Assembly (NCBI GenBank): GCA_002269645.1
Contig: NIVC01000858.1
Span: 62,001 to 126,000, forward strand
Source of the DNA: Macrostomum lignano
Lineage: Eukaryota
Direction: 5' to 3'
DNA length: 64,000 bases
The notes under the pieces: model-generated
What the model was told of the DNA's origin: nothing
Seen by the model: only the letters and a program-made list of their open reading frames with translations
Databases searched by the model: none
Part shown: positions 50,482-62,635 of the stretch, in pieces
Position numbering within the stretch: position 1 is the stretch's first letter
How the letters are laid out: every line of letters begins with the position of its first letter
Position numbers and translations under genes: made by a program

Positions 50482-51639
50482 TCAGCCCCAGAAGATGGAG
50501 TGGTGGCTGAGGCCGGGCCGCAGGCGGGTCTGGCACACGGGGCAGGGGAAGCTGGGCCGGCCCCGGGCCCGCTGCTCCACCTTGCCGATGCAGCTGGAGC
50601 AGAACAGGTGGCCGCAGAAGGTGGCCATAAGGTGCTTGCCGCTGGCCGGGAAGGCGTCCAGGGAGTCCAGGCAAACCGGACAGCTCGGCAGGTTCAGCGG
50701 CTGGTGGCTGCCGTCCGCGGCGCAAGAGGCGATCGGCTCAGCTGCCGCAGCAGCGGCATCGGGCGATTCCGGCGCCGGCTTGCGGGTGTCGCGAGAGCCG
50801 CGCGGCAGGCTGAAGCCCGCGGCCTCCTCGCCGCCGTCGCGCTCCCAGCCGGCGTAGACGCGAGCGTCCTCGGGCTCGGCGCGGGCCGCCTCCTCGGTGT
50901 TTTCGTCGCTGTCCAGCACGACCAGCCCGAGGCCCTGCTGAATGTGCACAATGTGCATCCCCTCGTGAACTCGAAAATCGTGCACCACCACGTCCTGGTC
51001 CGCGCTGGCCAGGCCGTCGTCGTCCTCCAATGACTCCAAGTCGCTGATGTCGAGGTCGTTGAGGATCATGCGCATGCGCAGCATGTCCCCGGCGCCCCAG
51101 TCCGACATGTCCATCGAGTCCACCGTGTCCAGCGAGTCCAGCGACAGCGAGTCCCAGGCCAGATGGAAGCCCGGACCACCGCTGCCGCCGCCGCTTCCAG
51201 CGCGTGCACCGCCGTCGCCACCGCCTCCGCCACGACCGCCTCGTCCGCGGCGACGACGTCGTCGGGCTCGGCGACCGCCGCCTCGGCCGGGATCGACCGC
51301 AGCGCCTGCGCCGCCATCACCGCTGGCTGGCGGTGGCTCCGGCGGTCGAGCTGGCGGCGGCGACGGTAGCGAGAAATTCGAGAAAACCGGAAACCCGCGC
51401 CGCGGCTGCTGTTCCAAATTTCCGCCGCTGCCGCCGTTGCCGTTGCCTCGTCCGCCACGACCGCGGCCCCTGCGCGAATTGTAGAACACCTGCGAGCCGA
51501 TGCCGCCGTCCGGGCTGCCGTCGCCACGACCGGCACAGGCGCCGCGACCCCGGCCTCCCCGCTGCCGCGGCTGGCCGCCCCTGCCACCGCCGCCTCCCCG
51601 TTGACGGTCAGTCCAAGACCCAAAGCCGCTGCTCCAGGA
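50482..51639 (-). CDS. RNF4: RNF4-like SUMO-targeted RING ubiquitin ligase (5' end unresolved)
   Basis: C-terminal RING CPVCLDSL..LMATFCGHLFCSSCI..CPVC..HHSIFWG, SIM-like VVVHD, IVHI and LVVLDSDE, and an RGG-rich N-terminus. Acceptor at 51640-51642. The initiating exon was not identified. Confidence 0.78.
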   Translation of the reverse strand, partial: SWSSGFGSWTDRQRGGGGGRGGQPRQRGGRGRGACAGRGDGSPDGGIGSQVFYNSRRGRGRGGRGNGNGGSGGNLEQQPRRGFPVFSNFSLPSPPPARPPEPPPASGDGGAGAAVDPGRGGGRRARRRRRRGRGGRGGGGGDGGARAGSGGGSGGPGFHLAWDSLSLDSLDTVDSMDMSDWGAGDMLRMRMILNDLDISDLESLEDDDGLASADQDVVVHDFRVHEGMHIVHIQQGLGLVVLDSDENTEEAARAEPEDARVYAGWERDGGEEAAGFSLPRGSRDTRKPAPESPDAAAAAAEPIASCAADGSHQPLNLPSCPVCLDSLDAFPASGKHLMATFCGHLFCSSCIGKVEQRARGRPSFPCPVCQTRLRPGLSHHSIFWG

Positions 51640-52124
51640 CTGAAGTATTAAGCAAACATTGCAGCTTTTTACACTATGCAGCACTACAAGTGCCGGTACC
51701 TAGCACTCATACCTACTACTTAAAGTATAACCTAGCGATTATGACGTACGCTAGTCAAATAAAACTCAAACACCAAATCTGGGTGAAAAACTTCAAGCCA
51801 GCAGATAGGAAGCAGTGTCCTGTGTATTAAAACTGACATTCAGTAAAAAAACAATAATTAAAAAGGTTTTTATAAAAAGTTAAACGTGGTCGCCAAGCAG
51901 AGCGGAGGGCTTCAGAGCACCGGCTGGCAGCGGCAAAGGTTAAAACAAACTGGATTGGGGAAGCGGCGAAGTCCTCAACAGAAGACTGCAGACACCGATA
52001 GGCCAGGTTAGCACGGCAAGCGGGAATACTTGAGCTGCTGCTGACAAGTCAGTGAGCTGATGGTCCACAGTGAGTGCAGAAACAGAGCCTATGCTAGGAG
52101 AGGAGGCTGCGCAATTCAGGGGTC

Positions 52125-52340
52125 TGCTCAGCCTGAGGATCTGGGAGGCTGGCTGCTCAGGCTGAGGATCTGGGAGGCTGGCTGCTCTGCCTCAGGATCT
52201 GGGAGGCTGGCTGCTCAGCCTGAGGATCTGGGAGGCTGGCTGCTCAGGCTGAGGATCTGGGAGGCTGGCTGCTCAGCCTGAAGATCTGGGAGGCTGGCTG
52301 CTCAGCCTGAGGATCTGGGAGGCTGGCTGCTCAGCCTGAG
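52125..52340. repeat. Minisatellite, 29-bp unit (copy A)
   Basis: (CTGAGGATCTGGGAGGCTGGCTGCTCAGC)n, about 7 copies. Confidence 0.95.
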
Positions 52341-52799
52341 GATCTGGGAGGGGCAGCTGCTCAAAAAGGTAAGATTGGCCCCTTTAGCACGGACTCGCCA
52401 GCAAGATAAAGCAGTGCGGTCGCAGAAACGATGGTCCAATTAAAAGGGCAATAAACATTTGGAATAATAAAAAGCGACGGTCAATAAACAAAGTGACGCT
52501 ATACCGTTAAAACAGGCAGTAAGGCTCGGATAGCATCAGTATTCACTATATATGGCATATAACAGTATTGTATTATATATACAAGGGCTAATATAGAGGA
52601 ACCAAGGTACAATTAGTCCCGATTCCCGGACATCCTGATCGGGGCCACAGGAAGTGCATGAGGAATACTGCACAATAAGCGACAAGGAGATCCAGGTGAT
52701 GAGAAATTCTGGGAATTAGCAGAGAAACTGGCAGTTGAGCAGCCTGCAGGCGGCAAGTATTTACACTGAGAATTCAATGCCTATTGAGTCAGGGCAGCC

Positions 52800-55700
52800 C
52801 TACTGGAACAGCGACACCAGCGCCTTGGCCGCCTTGGCGATGTCAAAGCAGCACTGGATCACCCGCTGGGTGCGGCGGCTCAGGTCGGCCGGGGCGGCCC
52901 GTGCCCGGCACTCGTGGTCCAGCGTGTCCGCCGCCGACAGCAGCGCGTCCACCGCCTTGGCCTGGTCCTGCCGAGTCTGAGGGGCGGCGATTCGGACAGG
53001 TATTAATGAGGGGGAATTAGTTGCTGGGGCGAGGATTCAGACAGGTATTAATGAGGGGGAATTAGTTGCTGGGGCGGGGATTCGGACAGGTATTAATGAG
53101 GGGGAATTAGTTGCTGGGGCGAGGATTCAGACAGGTATTAATGAGGGGGAATTAGTTGCTGGGGCGGGGATTCGGACAGGTATTAATGAGGGGGAATTAG
53201 TTGCTGGGGCGAGGATTCAGACAGGTATTAATGAGGGGGAATTAGTTGCTGGGGCGGGGATTCGGACAGGTATTAATGAGGGGGAATTAGTTGCTGGGGC
53301 GGGGATTCGGACAGGTATTAATGAGGGGGAATTAGTTGCTGGGGCGGGGATTCGGACAGGTATTAATGAGGGGGAATTAGTTGCTGGGGCGGGGATTCGG
53401 ACAGGTATTAATGAAGGGGAATTAGTTGCTGGGGCGGGGATTCGGACAGGTATTAATGAGGGGGAATTAGTTGCTGGGGCGGGGATTCGGACAGGTATTA
53501 ATGAGGGGGAATTAGTTGCTGGGGCGGGGATTCGGACAGGTATTAATGAGGGGGAATTAGTTGCTGGGGCGGGGATTCGGACAGGTATTAATGAGGGGGA
53601 ATTAGTTGCTGGGGCGGGGATTCGGACAGGTATTAATGAAGGGGAATTAGTTGCTGGGGCGGGGATTCGGACAGGTATTAATGAGGTGAAATTAGTTGCT
53701 GGGGCGGGGATTCGGACAGGTATTAATGAGGGGGAATTAGTTGCTGGGGCGGGGATTCGGACAGGTATTAATGAAGGGGAATTAGTTGCTGGGGCGGGGA
53801 TTCGGACAGGTATTAATGAGGTGAAATTAGTTGCTGGGGCGGGGATTCGGACAGGTATTAATGAGGGGGAATTAGTTGCTGGGGCGGGGATTCGGACAGG
53901 TATTAATGAAGGGGAATTAGTTGCTGGGGCGGGGATTCGGACAGGTATTAATGAGGGGGAATTAGTTGCTGGGGCGGGGATTCGGACAGGTATTAATGAG
54001 GGGGAATTAGTTGCTGGGGCGGGGATTCGGACAGGTATTAATGAGGGGGAATTAGTTGCTGGGGCGGGGATTCGGACAGGTATTAATGAGTGGGAATTAG
54101 TTTCTGGGGCGGGGATTTGGACAGGTATTAATGAGGGGGAATTAGTTGCTGGGGGGATTCGGACAGGTATTAATGAGGGGGAATTAGTTGCTGGGGCGGG
54201 GAAAGCTGAGGTGTCTAGTGCCTATGGTTGGGAGCTAGGATCATACATAACGTGTAAACGGTGGGGCCCGAAGCTTCATAGCACAGCAGTGGGGCAACCA
54301 GCCTACCCTGGGAATGACGGTGGCCATGTGCAGCACTGAGTTCCGAATGGCGGCCGCGCACTCCGGAAAGCACTCGTGATTGCCCTGCCTGGCCGCCTCC
54401 AGCAGCTTGTAGATGCGCCCCGTCACTGCCTCAGTCAGCGCCACCACCTCCTCCTGAGTTGGCGCCGGTCCCGGAGCCGGGCGCGGCGCCATAACGGGCT
54501 GCTGCGGCGGCGCCGAGGAGGACGGTTTCGATGCCGGCAAGGCCGAGCGCTGGTGCAGCGGCGGCGGCGCCTGCGGCTTGCGAGTCGGAGCGCCGACCAG
54601 CGGAGTGGCGGTAGCGGCAGCCTCGCGCTTGGCCAGGCTGGAGCCGATGATCTCCCGCACTAGGCGGTCGCACTCGGCCTCCTCGTCGGACTCGGGTGGC
54701 GGCTGGTCATAGTCCGCCTCGTCCGGCAGCGGCGGCGGCGGGGGCGGCGGTGACGGGTCCGGGTTGCTGCTGTCGCCATTGGCAACGCCGACTTCCAGGG
54801 CCGACAGCGACGGCTCGCCAACGTTTTCGTAGAGGGGCGGCGGCGGTGGAGGCGGCGGCGGCTCCCAGCGGGTGGCCGGCGGTGCCGCAGTGTCCGGCCC
54901 GATGGTGGTGTGCGGCCGCTGCTGCTGCTGCTGGGCTCGCCAGTTTGGTGCCGGCACAGCCGATGAAGACAGCCGGGCGGCTGCTGGGGCGGCAGATGGG
55001 GTGGCAGCTGGGGCGGCGGCTGGGGCAGTTGCTAAGGCAGATGTAGCAGTATGTGGAGGCAGCTGAGGCGACGATGAGGCGGGAGGCGCAGGGGGCGGAG
55101 GTGAGGAGGCATCCCGCGCCTTGGCCAGCAGTTCGGCGTTCTGCAGTGGGAATAGAATTGGGGTTTCGGTGCAAAACTGGGAAAGACCTGGCAATGCTAA
55201 GTGACAGACAAAAGCGCTGCTCAAGTAAGAAACGCCTCACCTGTCTCTGCAGCATCTCAACCTGCAGCCGCAGGGCTCTGTTCTCCTCCAGCAGCCGGTC
55301 GTGAGAAGCTTTTAGCCGAAGAACGTCCTCCTGCGACACTGGGACCTGGGGGAGGGAAGCGCCACTGAAGTTATTCGTCCCTTAACGCATTTCAACTGAC
55401 ACGCTGAACCAGCAGATAATACTCATAGTAGTGGTAGAGAAAGCAAAAATTCACCTCTGCGCTTGGCTCGGCAGCCTGCGGCCCGCTGACCGCCGACTCG
55501 CTGAGGTCGGACACGCGGCAGAGGCTGCTCTTGGTGGACTCGGAGGTGGCCGCCGCGGCCGACTCGGCCACCGCCTGGGATGCCGCGCCGTACAGGGCGG
55601 CCAAAGCGGCCTTGAGAGGGTCGGCAGCGGCCTCATCGGCTGGCTGCGACTGCGGCGGTGGCGGAGGAGGCGGCGGCGGGGCCGGATTCGGCTGCTCAGG

Positions 55701-58700
55701 CTCTTCACGGTCGGGATCCGCTGAGCAGGAGGCGGCCTAAGTGCGGGATTAAGGGTGTTTGAGCAGTCAGTTAAAGGCACGGGGGCAGAGAACACTCTCA
55801 GTCCATTGCGGTAATCGCACGATAAGCCCCAGCCCAGTCCCGATGAAAACGGTACGTAGGCCCAGAGTCGCTTCAGAGTTGTTGCAGGTAACACAGGTAA
55901 AACAGAAACGAAATGACTTTAGACGACTCTAAAACGACGAGATGTCACTGCACAGGTTGTCAAATAGTCATCAGAGTTGCCTAGAAGTCACTTTGAGGCG
56001 TTTTATTGTCTGCGACTCTGAAACAACTCTGGGGCCACAGAGTTGTATTTGACGCGTGCCAGAGTCGCTTTGGAGCCATTGAGTTGTGCTTGAATTGCGC
56101 ATTTGCGTCGCTTGGTGAATCAGAGTCAACACAACGATTCTTGGACGACTCTTTCGCGACTCTTTTACGACTGATTCTACAACTCACGTGACGCGCTTGT
56201 GACGCAACAGCCGCCTCTTCGTCATATTAGACGCGTTTAGAGTAGTTAATAAGTCACAGACAAGTCGCCTCAGAGTGGCTGGAGTCACCAGTGAGTTGCT
56301 TGCAATGACTCTAGCGACTCTTGTCATGGTATCGTTTTCAGCGGGAATTTTCGTGCTCGAGCCCCAAATGAATGCGGCCGCGCACAGGATCGAACCTTTG
56401 GCGCAAGACTCGGACGTGTCACCCCTGAGCTTCCCCCTGAGCGGCTCACTTGTCTCTGCCTGTTGGGGTTGATGCTGGCGTACTCAGAATCAGCTGGCAC
56501 GATGTCGTACACCGGATCCTCGGACAGGCCGTTGTCCAGGCTCCGGGACATGCCACCAGAGGCGGCGCCGGAACCTGAAGCGAGCGCGCGAGACGGCGAA
56601 GATTCGAGAGCTGGCGCCGGCGCCGGTGGCGCGGAGTTCGGAGGGTCGGCAGAGGGCCGGGCACACAGGCTGGGCGCGACACCGCTCCGCCTGGCGGCCT
56701 CCTCCAGGGCGTCGCCGAGCAGCACGCCAAACTCGCGAACGCTGAGGCGGCCGAGTTTCTGCCTGCCCTGGTTGCGCGTGGCCGAGTAGTGCGGGTTGAG
56801 CGGCAGGAACAGCAGCTCAAGGCCCGCGACAGCCTCCGCGCCCAGGCGGTCACGCAAGACGCGGTTGCTGTCGCGCCGGTCCAGCTCGTCGTAGGCGTCG
56901 CGGAGCAGCTCCTGGGGGTGAGGCGGTTGGGGAGGTTCGGCTGACTGAGGATCTGGGAGGCTGACTGCTCAGCCTGAGGATCTGGGAGGCTGGCTGCTCA
57001 ACCTGAGAATCTGGGAGGCTGGCTGCTCAGCCTGAGGATCTGGAAGTCTGGCTGCTCAGCCCGAGGATCTGGGAGGCTGGCTGCTCAGCCTGAGGATCTG
57101 GGAGGCTGGCTGCTCAGCCTGAGGACCTGGGCGGGACTCCTCCATTTACAGAGCTCGTCTCCCAAACCTGGAACGCAGAGGCCGGCAGGGCGGCCAGTCG
57201 CAGCCGGGCGTCGCCCCCGTCGATGCCACCAACGCTGTCCGCAGTGGAGCCGGACTTGGAAGGCAGCAGGAAGTGGCCACCGGGCGAGTCGGCGGTCCGA
57301 TGGTCGGGTACGCGGGCGCAGAGGAAGTCGGCAAAACGGTCGGACAGTTCGTAGCGGGCCTCCACCAGCAGCAGCGTCAGCTCGGGCAGCTGCGGTGGCG
57401 CCTCGGCCAAATCCAGCGCGGTGCGGCCGGCTCTGTCTCGCAGCTCCGGGTCGGCGCCGAACACCAGCAGCAGCTCCGCTTGCAGCGGCTGCCGCTCCTG
57501 GGCGGCCACGTGCAGCGCAGAGCTGCCCTTCTCCGGGTGCAGGTAGTTCGGGTCGGCGCCACGGGCCAGCAGGCGGAACGAGATCTCCACGTTGGGCGTC
57601 CTGACGCTGGCGTGCAGCTGCTGGCTGGCGTCGGAGGCCTCGGTGGCGGCCTCCTTGGCGGAGTAGCGCTTGCAGAAGGCCTGCTTCTCGTACTTGCGCT
57701 TGATGAAGTCGGCCTTTGTGGGGCTGCGGAATCGGCGCTGGTTTCGTTAGAATTTCCAGCTTTCAAATGGGAATTTAGAGAGAGCAACTCACTGCACGGG
57801 ATCGCCAGGTCGGGGCTTCCGCACGCTGTCCTTGCCGCGCTGCTTCTCCAAGATTGAATACTCCCAGAACTTGTTGGACCCGCCAGCCACAACCTGCCTG
57901 ACCATCTAGAAATGCAATGGCGTTTTTAAGCGCAATGGGAGCTTGAGCGGGTGGTAGAAGAATTGGAGGGACACAGGGGTGCAGTGCATTGGAGGGACAC
58001 GGGTGCAGTGCATTGGAGGGACACGGGTGCAGTGCATTGGAGGGACACGGGTGCAGTGCATTGGAGGGACACCGGGGTGCAGTACATTGGAGGGACACCG
58101 GGGGGGGGCAAGCATTGGAGGGACACAGGGGTGGCAGCAGCCAGCACACATACTGGCATAAGGATAAGCAAGCCCTTTACCTTGATTTGCGTGTCCCGCC
58201 ACCTGTGGTGGGTCAGCGACTTCACCTGTGACACATGGCGGCCCAGGCTGCGGTGCACAGAGCTGCAGTCATTGCACAGCAACACGCAGCAATTCAGCGA
58301 TGCCCAAGATGGACCTGAGATATTAGTGATGATGGACATATACTGTATATATTACTACTAAGTAGAATACCAAAATCAGAAGGAAATGAAGTAGATCTTG
58401 GAGAATACCTATAGAATACCAGAGGCCATGACCCTCTAATCATGGGAATGTCTAGGACTGGAAGAAATATACATGCAGTACATATACTAGTAACATAAAA
58501 ATAACACTCAGGCCTACATAAAAACACTATCAGTAAGAAGCAAAAAATGCTCAAATATATACTGAGAATTGTTCTCAGCTAAATATTTAGCCTAATACTC
58601 AGATTAATTCTAAGACTTGAGCTTACTTAAAGGTTAATTATTATATAGAACAAATACCCTTGTAACTATAAATATCTAAGGGAATACAAAGGAAAAACAT

Positions 58701-61442
58701 TTATAATAGGGAATCCATCCCCAGGGACACAAGGACACATGGAAATTGATGTAGCAACATTGTTAAAACTGTGTGTACTTCATTTTCAACAATGATGCAT
58801 AGATGGAAATGTGTAAATTGAACATTGCCTTAATAGCTCGTATATAGCCATGAGTTAACAACTTTGCATTAGCACTCTGCAGTATAAGCACAAGTCTATA
58901 GGAGAATTGCCTATACTCAGTGCTGAGTAGTGCTCAAATGAGAGAGAAATGAGGCTAAGAGAGAAGCGAGTGGGTGAGAAGGTTAGGCAATTTGTCTATG
59001 GGCAATTTTGTGCTCCCAACTGTCTAGTGTCTAGTATCTAAGTGCAAATGCAAAGTGAGAACTAAGAAGGAACTTATAAGAATGTGACAGTGACATAATA
59101 TTAACGAGAAAGAACTTATAAGAATGTGACAATGATATAATGTTAATGACAATGAGTGTGACACTTAGCAATTAGCTTTCTAGGCTCTAGCAAGTAAAAT
59201 ACTTACCAGTTAAATTATGCATCAGTACAAATAATAGAAAAGTCATTGACATAAGTTACAGTTATAGACAATAGGCTATTTTTTAATTATAGCTTTCACT
59301 TAAAACTAGGATATTGTATAAGTATTAAGACTGATATGTCATTCTCCAAAACTCATTCTAGGGTCCCTGCAGAACTTTTTTTTAGGGAATTGAATTCCCT
59401 AATTTATATAGATATACAAAATTAGAGTAGAGTAATGTTTTGGCAAATTCATTTTTAGAGAACTTTTTTTCTTTCAAAGATATATTGCTTTGTATTTTAA
59501 TAATTTCTGAACTCACAATAAGAGAATTTTCTACTACCCAATGGCAATTTGGACTACTTTGTTGAAATCACAATTTTTTATTTTTTAGATAAAGCTGTTT
59601 CCTATTCATTACTTTAACTCATCTTTTGTTTCTTATTAGCTACTTTTAAGGTGGGAGACAGTTTTCAAAACAGACAGCTATGTGCCAGTACTGCAGTTGC
59701 CAAGTATAAGTTGGCAATTTGTCTACATTTGAATTTGCATGCTTCAAGCCAGAAAATTTATTGCAATATATCCATTTGAATCTGCACTGTTTACTCCATC
59801 TAGTCTTTTGGTCTTCCAGTTGAGGTCTTCTGGTCCTTAATTCCAGGGAAGGGCTAATAAAAATATTGTAATTGAGAGTTCATTTCTTCTTGTATATTAT
59901 ATACAATCATTTGAATTTGCCAAACTTTTACAACATTTTGCCAAAACATTTTTGTGATTTGCCAAAACATTACTATACCAAAACATTGTATTGTCATTTA
60001 TGCCTATAGCATTTCTTAACTAATAATATAAATTTTTGGATAATCAATATTAAAATAGAAACTATCTTACTATATAGCATATAGCAAGTTTTTCAAAAAT
60101 CAAAATAATAAAGCTTAATTTTATCATTCAATGCAAGAGTAAATTGACACCTTTACTTTTAAGCTTTGTAATATAATTTTTGGGTACTGGTCATTTTAGT
60201 GATAGAAGTTTCAGTGACAAATAGTTGTTTCAGTGACAAGTAGCTTTTGTTATAGACATGCTTTATTTTTGATAAAAAATTAAAGAATTTATAAGTATAG
60301 TCATTTTTGTGATAGGTGCTTCATAATATCAGCTTGTAGTTATTTTATTAAGATTTATGCTTTCTTCATATTTGAAAATTTCCATCGAAAAATTAGTTGT
60401 AGGAAAAGAAATCAAACTAATTATATGGTTTTCTTTTTGTATAGATAATTTTAAATTGTCTTAGAATATTCAGACATATAAACCATAAACCTATAGAGAA
60501 TCCTTATGAAATGCTGACTGAGAAAAGCAGAGATATTCACTAGACTAGACACAATTGGATTGGAAAATATATAAATTCAAAAGATCCCAACTCTGGAATT
60601 GTATATAAACAAAATTAAATAAAGCAATACTTAACCATTGCAGAAAATTAATATAAAGTTAAGGTTTGATATCTTTTAAGATTTGCAAGGTAATTTTACT
60701 GTTTAAAAACAAAATAGCTACCACCAAAAGCCAAAGGGTATTTTTCTTGTCAACGAAATGACTTTTGCTTGTCACCAAAACAACTGTCACCAAAATGTCT
60801 TGTCACCAAAATGACTGTAGTCTATAATTTTCATAGAAAAAACATTGAATTTTAAAATATAATACATCCATTAAGAAGAATACTAAAAAGAATAGGTTGT
60901 ATTGAAATTATGATCTAATAAAATTTAATGCTAACTAAATATAGTAAAAAACTATTTGATATATTATTAAAAGTTTGATTTATTTAAAACAATTTTAAGG
61001 TGATGATTGTCACTTCAATTAATAATTATCATCTAAAGATTGCTAAAATACCAATATATTTGCACTTAAATAGAATCAACAAAGAATAATTTATTTACGC
61101 TTAGATAATATAATAATTAAGATCTCAAGAAGATACCTGCTCTAAAATTTCATATAAATAATAGATTATATTAGGGCCTACACTATAACAGTAACAGTAT
61201 AATAGTTATAACTTATGTTATTATTAAAAAACAAAAAAAATGTTTATGTAGGCCTATTGTTTAAAAATATTTAAATTAAACCAGACAAGCAATATAAATT
61301 TGATGTTTAGCTTATAATTTTAGACACATACATACAATGAATTACACAACAGCAATTGGATTGTAGAGAAAATAGTTGACTTACTTAAACTACCACAATC
61401 TGCACATTCATCTTCCGATTGATTTTGTCCAGAGATGCTCAT
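52800..61442 (-). CDS. GIT: GIT-family ArfGAP (ArfGAP zinc finger, ankyrin repeats, Spa2-homology domain, coiled coil, paxillin-binding domain), 9 exons
   Basis: Phase-consistent exons: 61442-61385, 58314-58181, 57905-57793, 57723-57168, 56911-56450, 55736-55455, 55345-55241, 55140-54307, 52976-52800. Motifs are CADC-x16-CNDC, HPTKADFIKRKY, LPLNPHYSATRNQGRQKLGRL and QRVIQCCFDIAKAAKALV-stop. Confidence 0.92.
52981..54200. repeat. Intronic minisatellite, 45-bp unit, abutting the last GIT acceptor
   Basis: (GGGGCGGGGATTCGGACAGGTATTAATGAGGGGGAATTAGTTGCT)n, about 27 copies. Confidence 0.95.
56371..56435 (-). other. tRNA-like (SINE head) sequence at the start of a GIT intron
   Basis: Minus strand AGCTCAGGGGTGA..GGTTCGATCC (A-box-like and B-box at 56387-56396). 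Confidence 0.4.
56942..57128. repeat. Intronic minisatellite, 29-bp unit (copy B)
   Basis: Same unit and orientation as 52125-52340. It fills most of a GIT intron. Confidence 0.95.
57966..58130. repeat. Intronic minisatellite, 24-26-bp unit
   Basis: (GGAGGGACACGGGTGCAGTGCATT)n, about 6 copies. Confidence 0.9.
60181..60822. mobile_element. Non-autonomous MULE/foldback-like DNA element
   Basis: About 55-bp imperfect TIRs built from TTTTGGTGACAA-type subrepeats, with a 9-bp TATAATTTT duplication at 60172-60180 and 60823-60831. Confidence 0.7.
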
Positions 61443-62397
61443 TTTGATTAAGTATCAATCACGGCTAAAAATAGTCGTGCTAAACAAAATCTAGTGGCCT
61501 AGGACGAGTAGATAGTCAAATATTATTATCAATATACATAGTTCTAACAAACAGGGTTTAATATCATTACCTACACTTAAAATTATAAACGAGATTTGAT
61601 TAGTTCAACACCAAGATAAACTAAAAACTAAAAGTTCAATTCAAGCTAAACCCTGAGGCGTCGACGATGTCGATAGATATAAAGAAAAATAGTAACATAA
61701 GGCTTAAGTGAATAAAAAACCCATGCGTTCTAAGAAAGTGAGTCATATCTTGATGACTTGAATTTTGATGACCCGTAAGCTACTATGTAGTATAACACAA
61801 AGAAACACTGAATCAGCCCAAATGCTTTTTAGACCCTAAAATTGTGTTGAATTCAGCATATTTATTTGTAACGGTAGATTTATTCAATTAGTCTGTACGG
61901 CTGTGGATCAGAGTTTTTCAGGGCATAAATCTGTATAGGCTCATCTGCTAAGTTGTTTCTGAAATAATGCTATCAATGCGTATGCTTGGCTTACAAATTA
62001 TGGGACAGCTTGTAATTGTCTTCTCCACAAAACCTATTGTTTTTACAGGGATCTTTAAAGTGTTCAAGTCTGCTTTCAATAAAAATACCAAGGACTACTA
62101 CCGTAGTCCTTAATTGTTACCAACATTTTTACTCGAAGCCTTAGTGCTTTTAGGACGGGAGACTCGTTTCTTAGAAAACATTTTGGGCCTGATCATGAGA
62201 GAAAAATACACACTGCGGAGACGAGAAATTTTCAAGGCAAGGTGGTCGTGGAGTCCGGCTTTTGTGTCATAGTTATAACGTGATGGATTTTTTACAAATG
62301 AAAAAAATAATGATTATGGCATTTAGGCAAAAAAATCGATCTCCTTTTTGGGTAAATGATAATTTTCTCGGGGTCCCGGCATTTGGGCTTAAAAGAT

Positions 62398-62400
<3 letters not shown>

Positions 62401-62438
<38 letters not shown>
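62401..62438. repeat. (TAT)n microsatellite
   Basis: About 12 ATT units. Confidence 0.95.
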
Positions 62439-62520
62439 CAATTTATGCCATGTGTTTTACTTTTCAGCTAGGCTTTGGAATGGATTAGATTCTTTAATCC
62501 ATTTAACGGCTTAACGTTCG

Positions 62521-62635
62521 TTCAGACCGTCATCAAATAAGGCCACTTTTCGCGTGATCAAGGGGCTTCTGTATATTTTTTGTCGCTTTGTTTATCGGTC
62601 GTGTGAGTTGATGGCTCATTTGATGGCGGTGTGAA
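62521..62635. mobile_element. Small MITE-like inverted repeat
   Basis: TTCAGACCGTCATCAAATAAGGCCA versus the reverse complement TTCACACCGCCATCAAATGAGCCA. No TSD identified. Confidence 0.5.

Noticed and set aside
53686-54339. 217-aa ELVAGAGIRTGINEG repeat ORF
   Set aside because: Antisense reading of the 45-bp intronic array, with no ATG or other support.
62090-62111. Perfect 9-bp hairpin AAGGACTAC-TACC-GTAGTCCTT
   Set aside because: No CTRR end for a Helitron, and intrinsic terminators are not relevant in this eukaryotic context.
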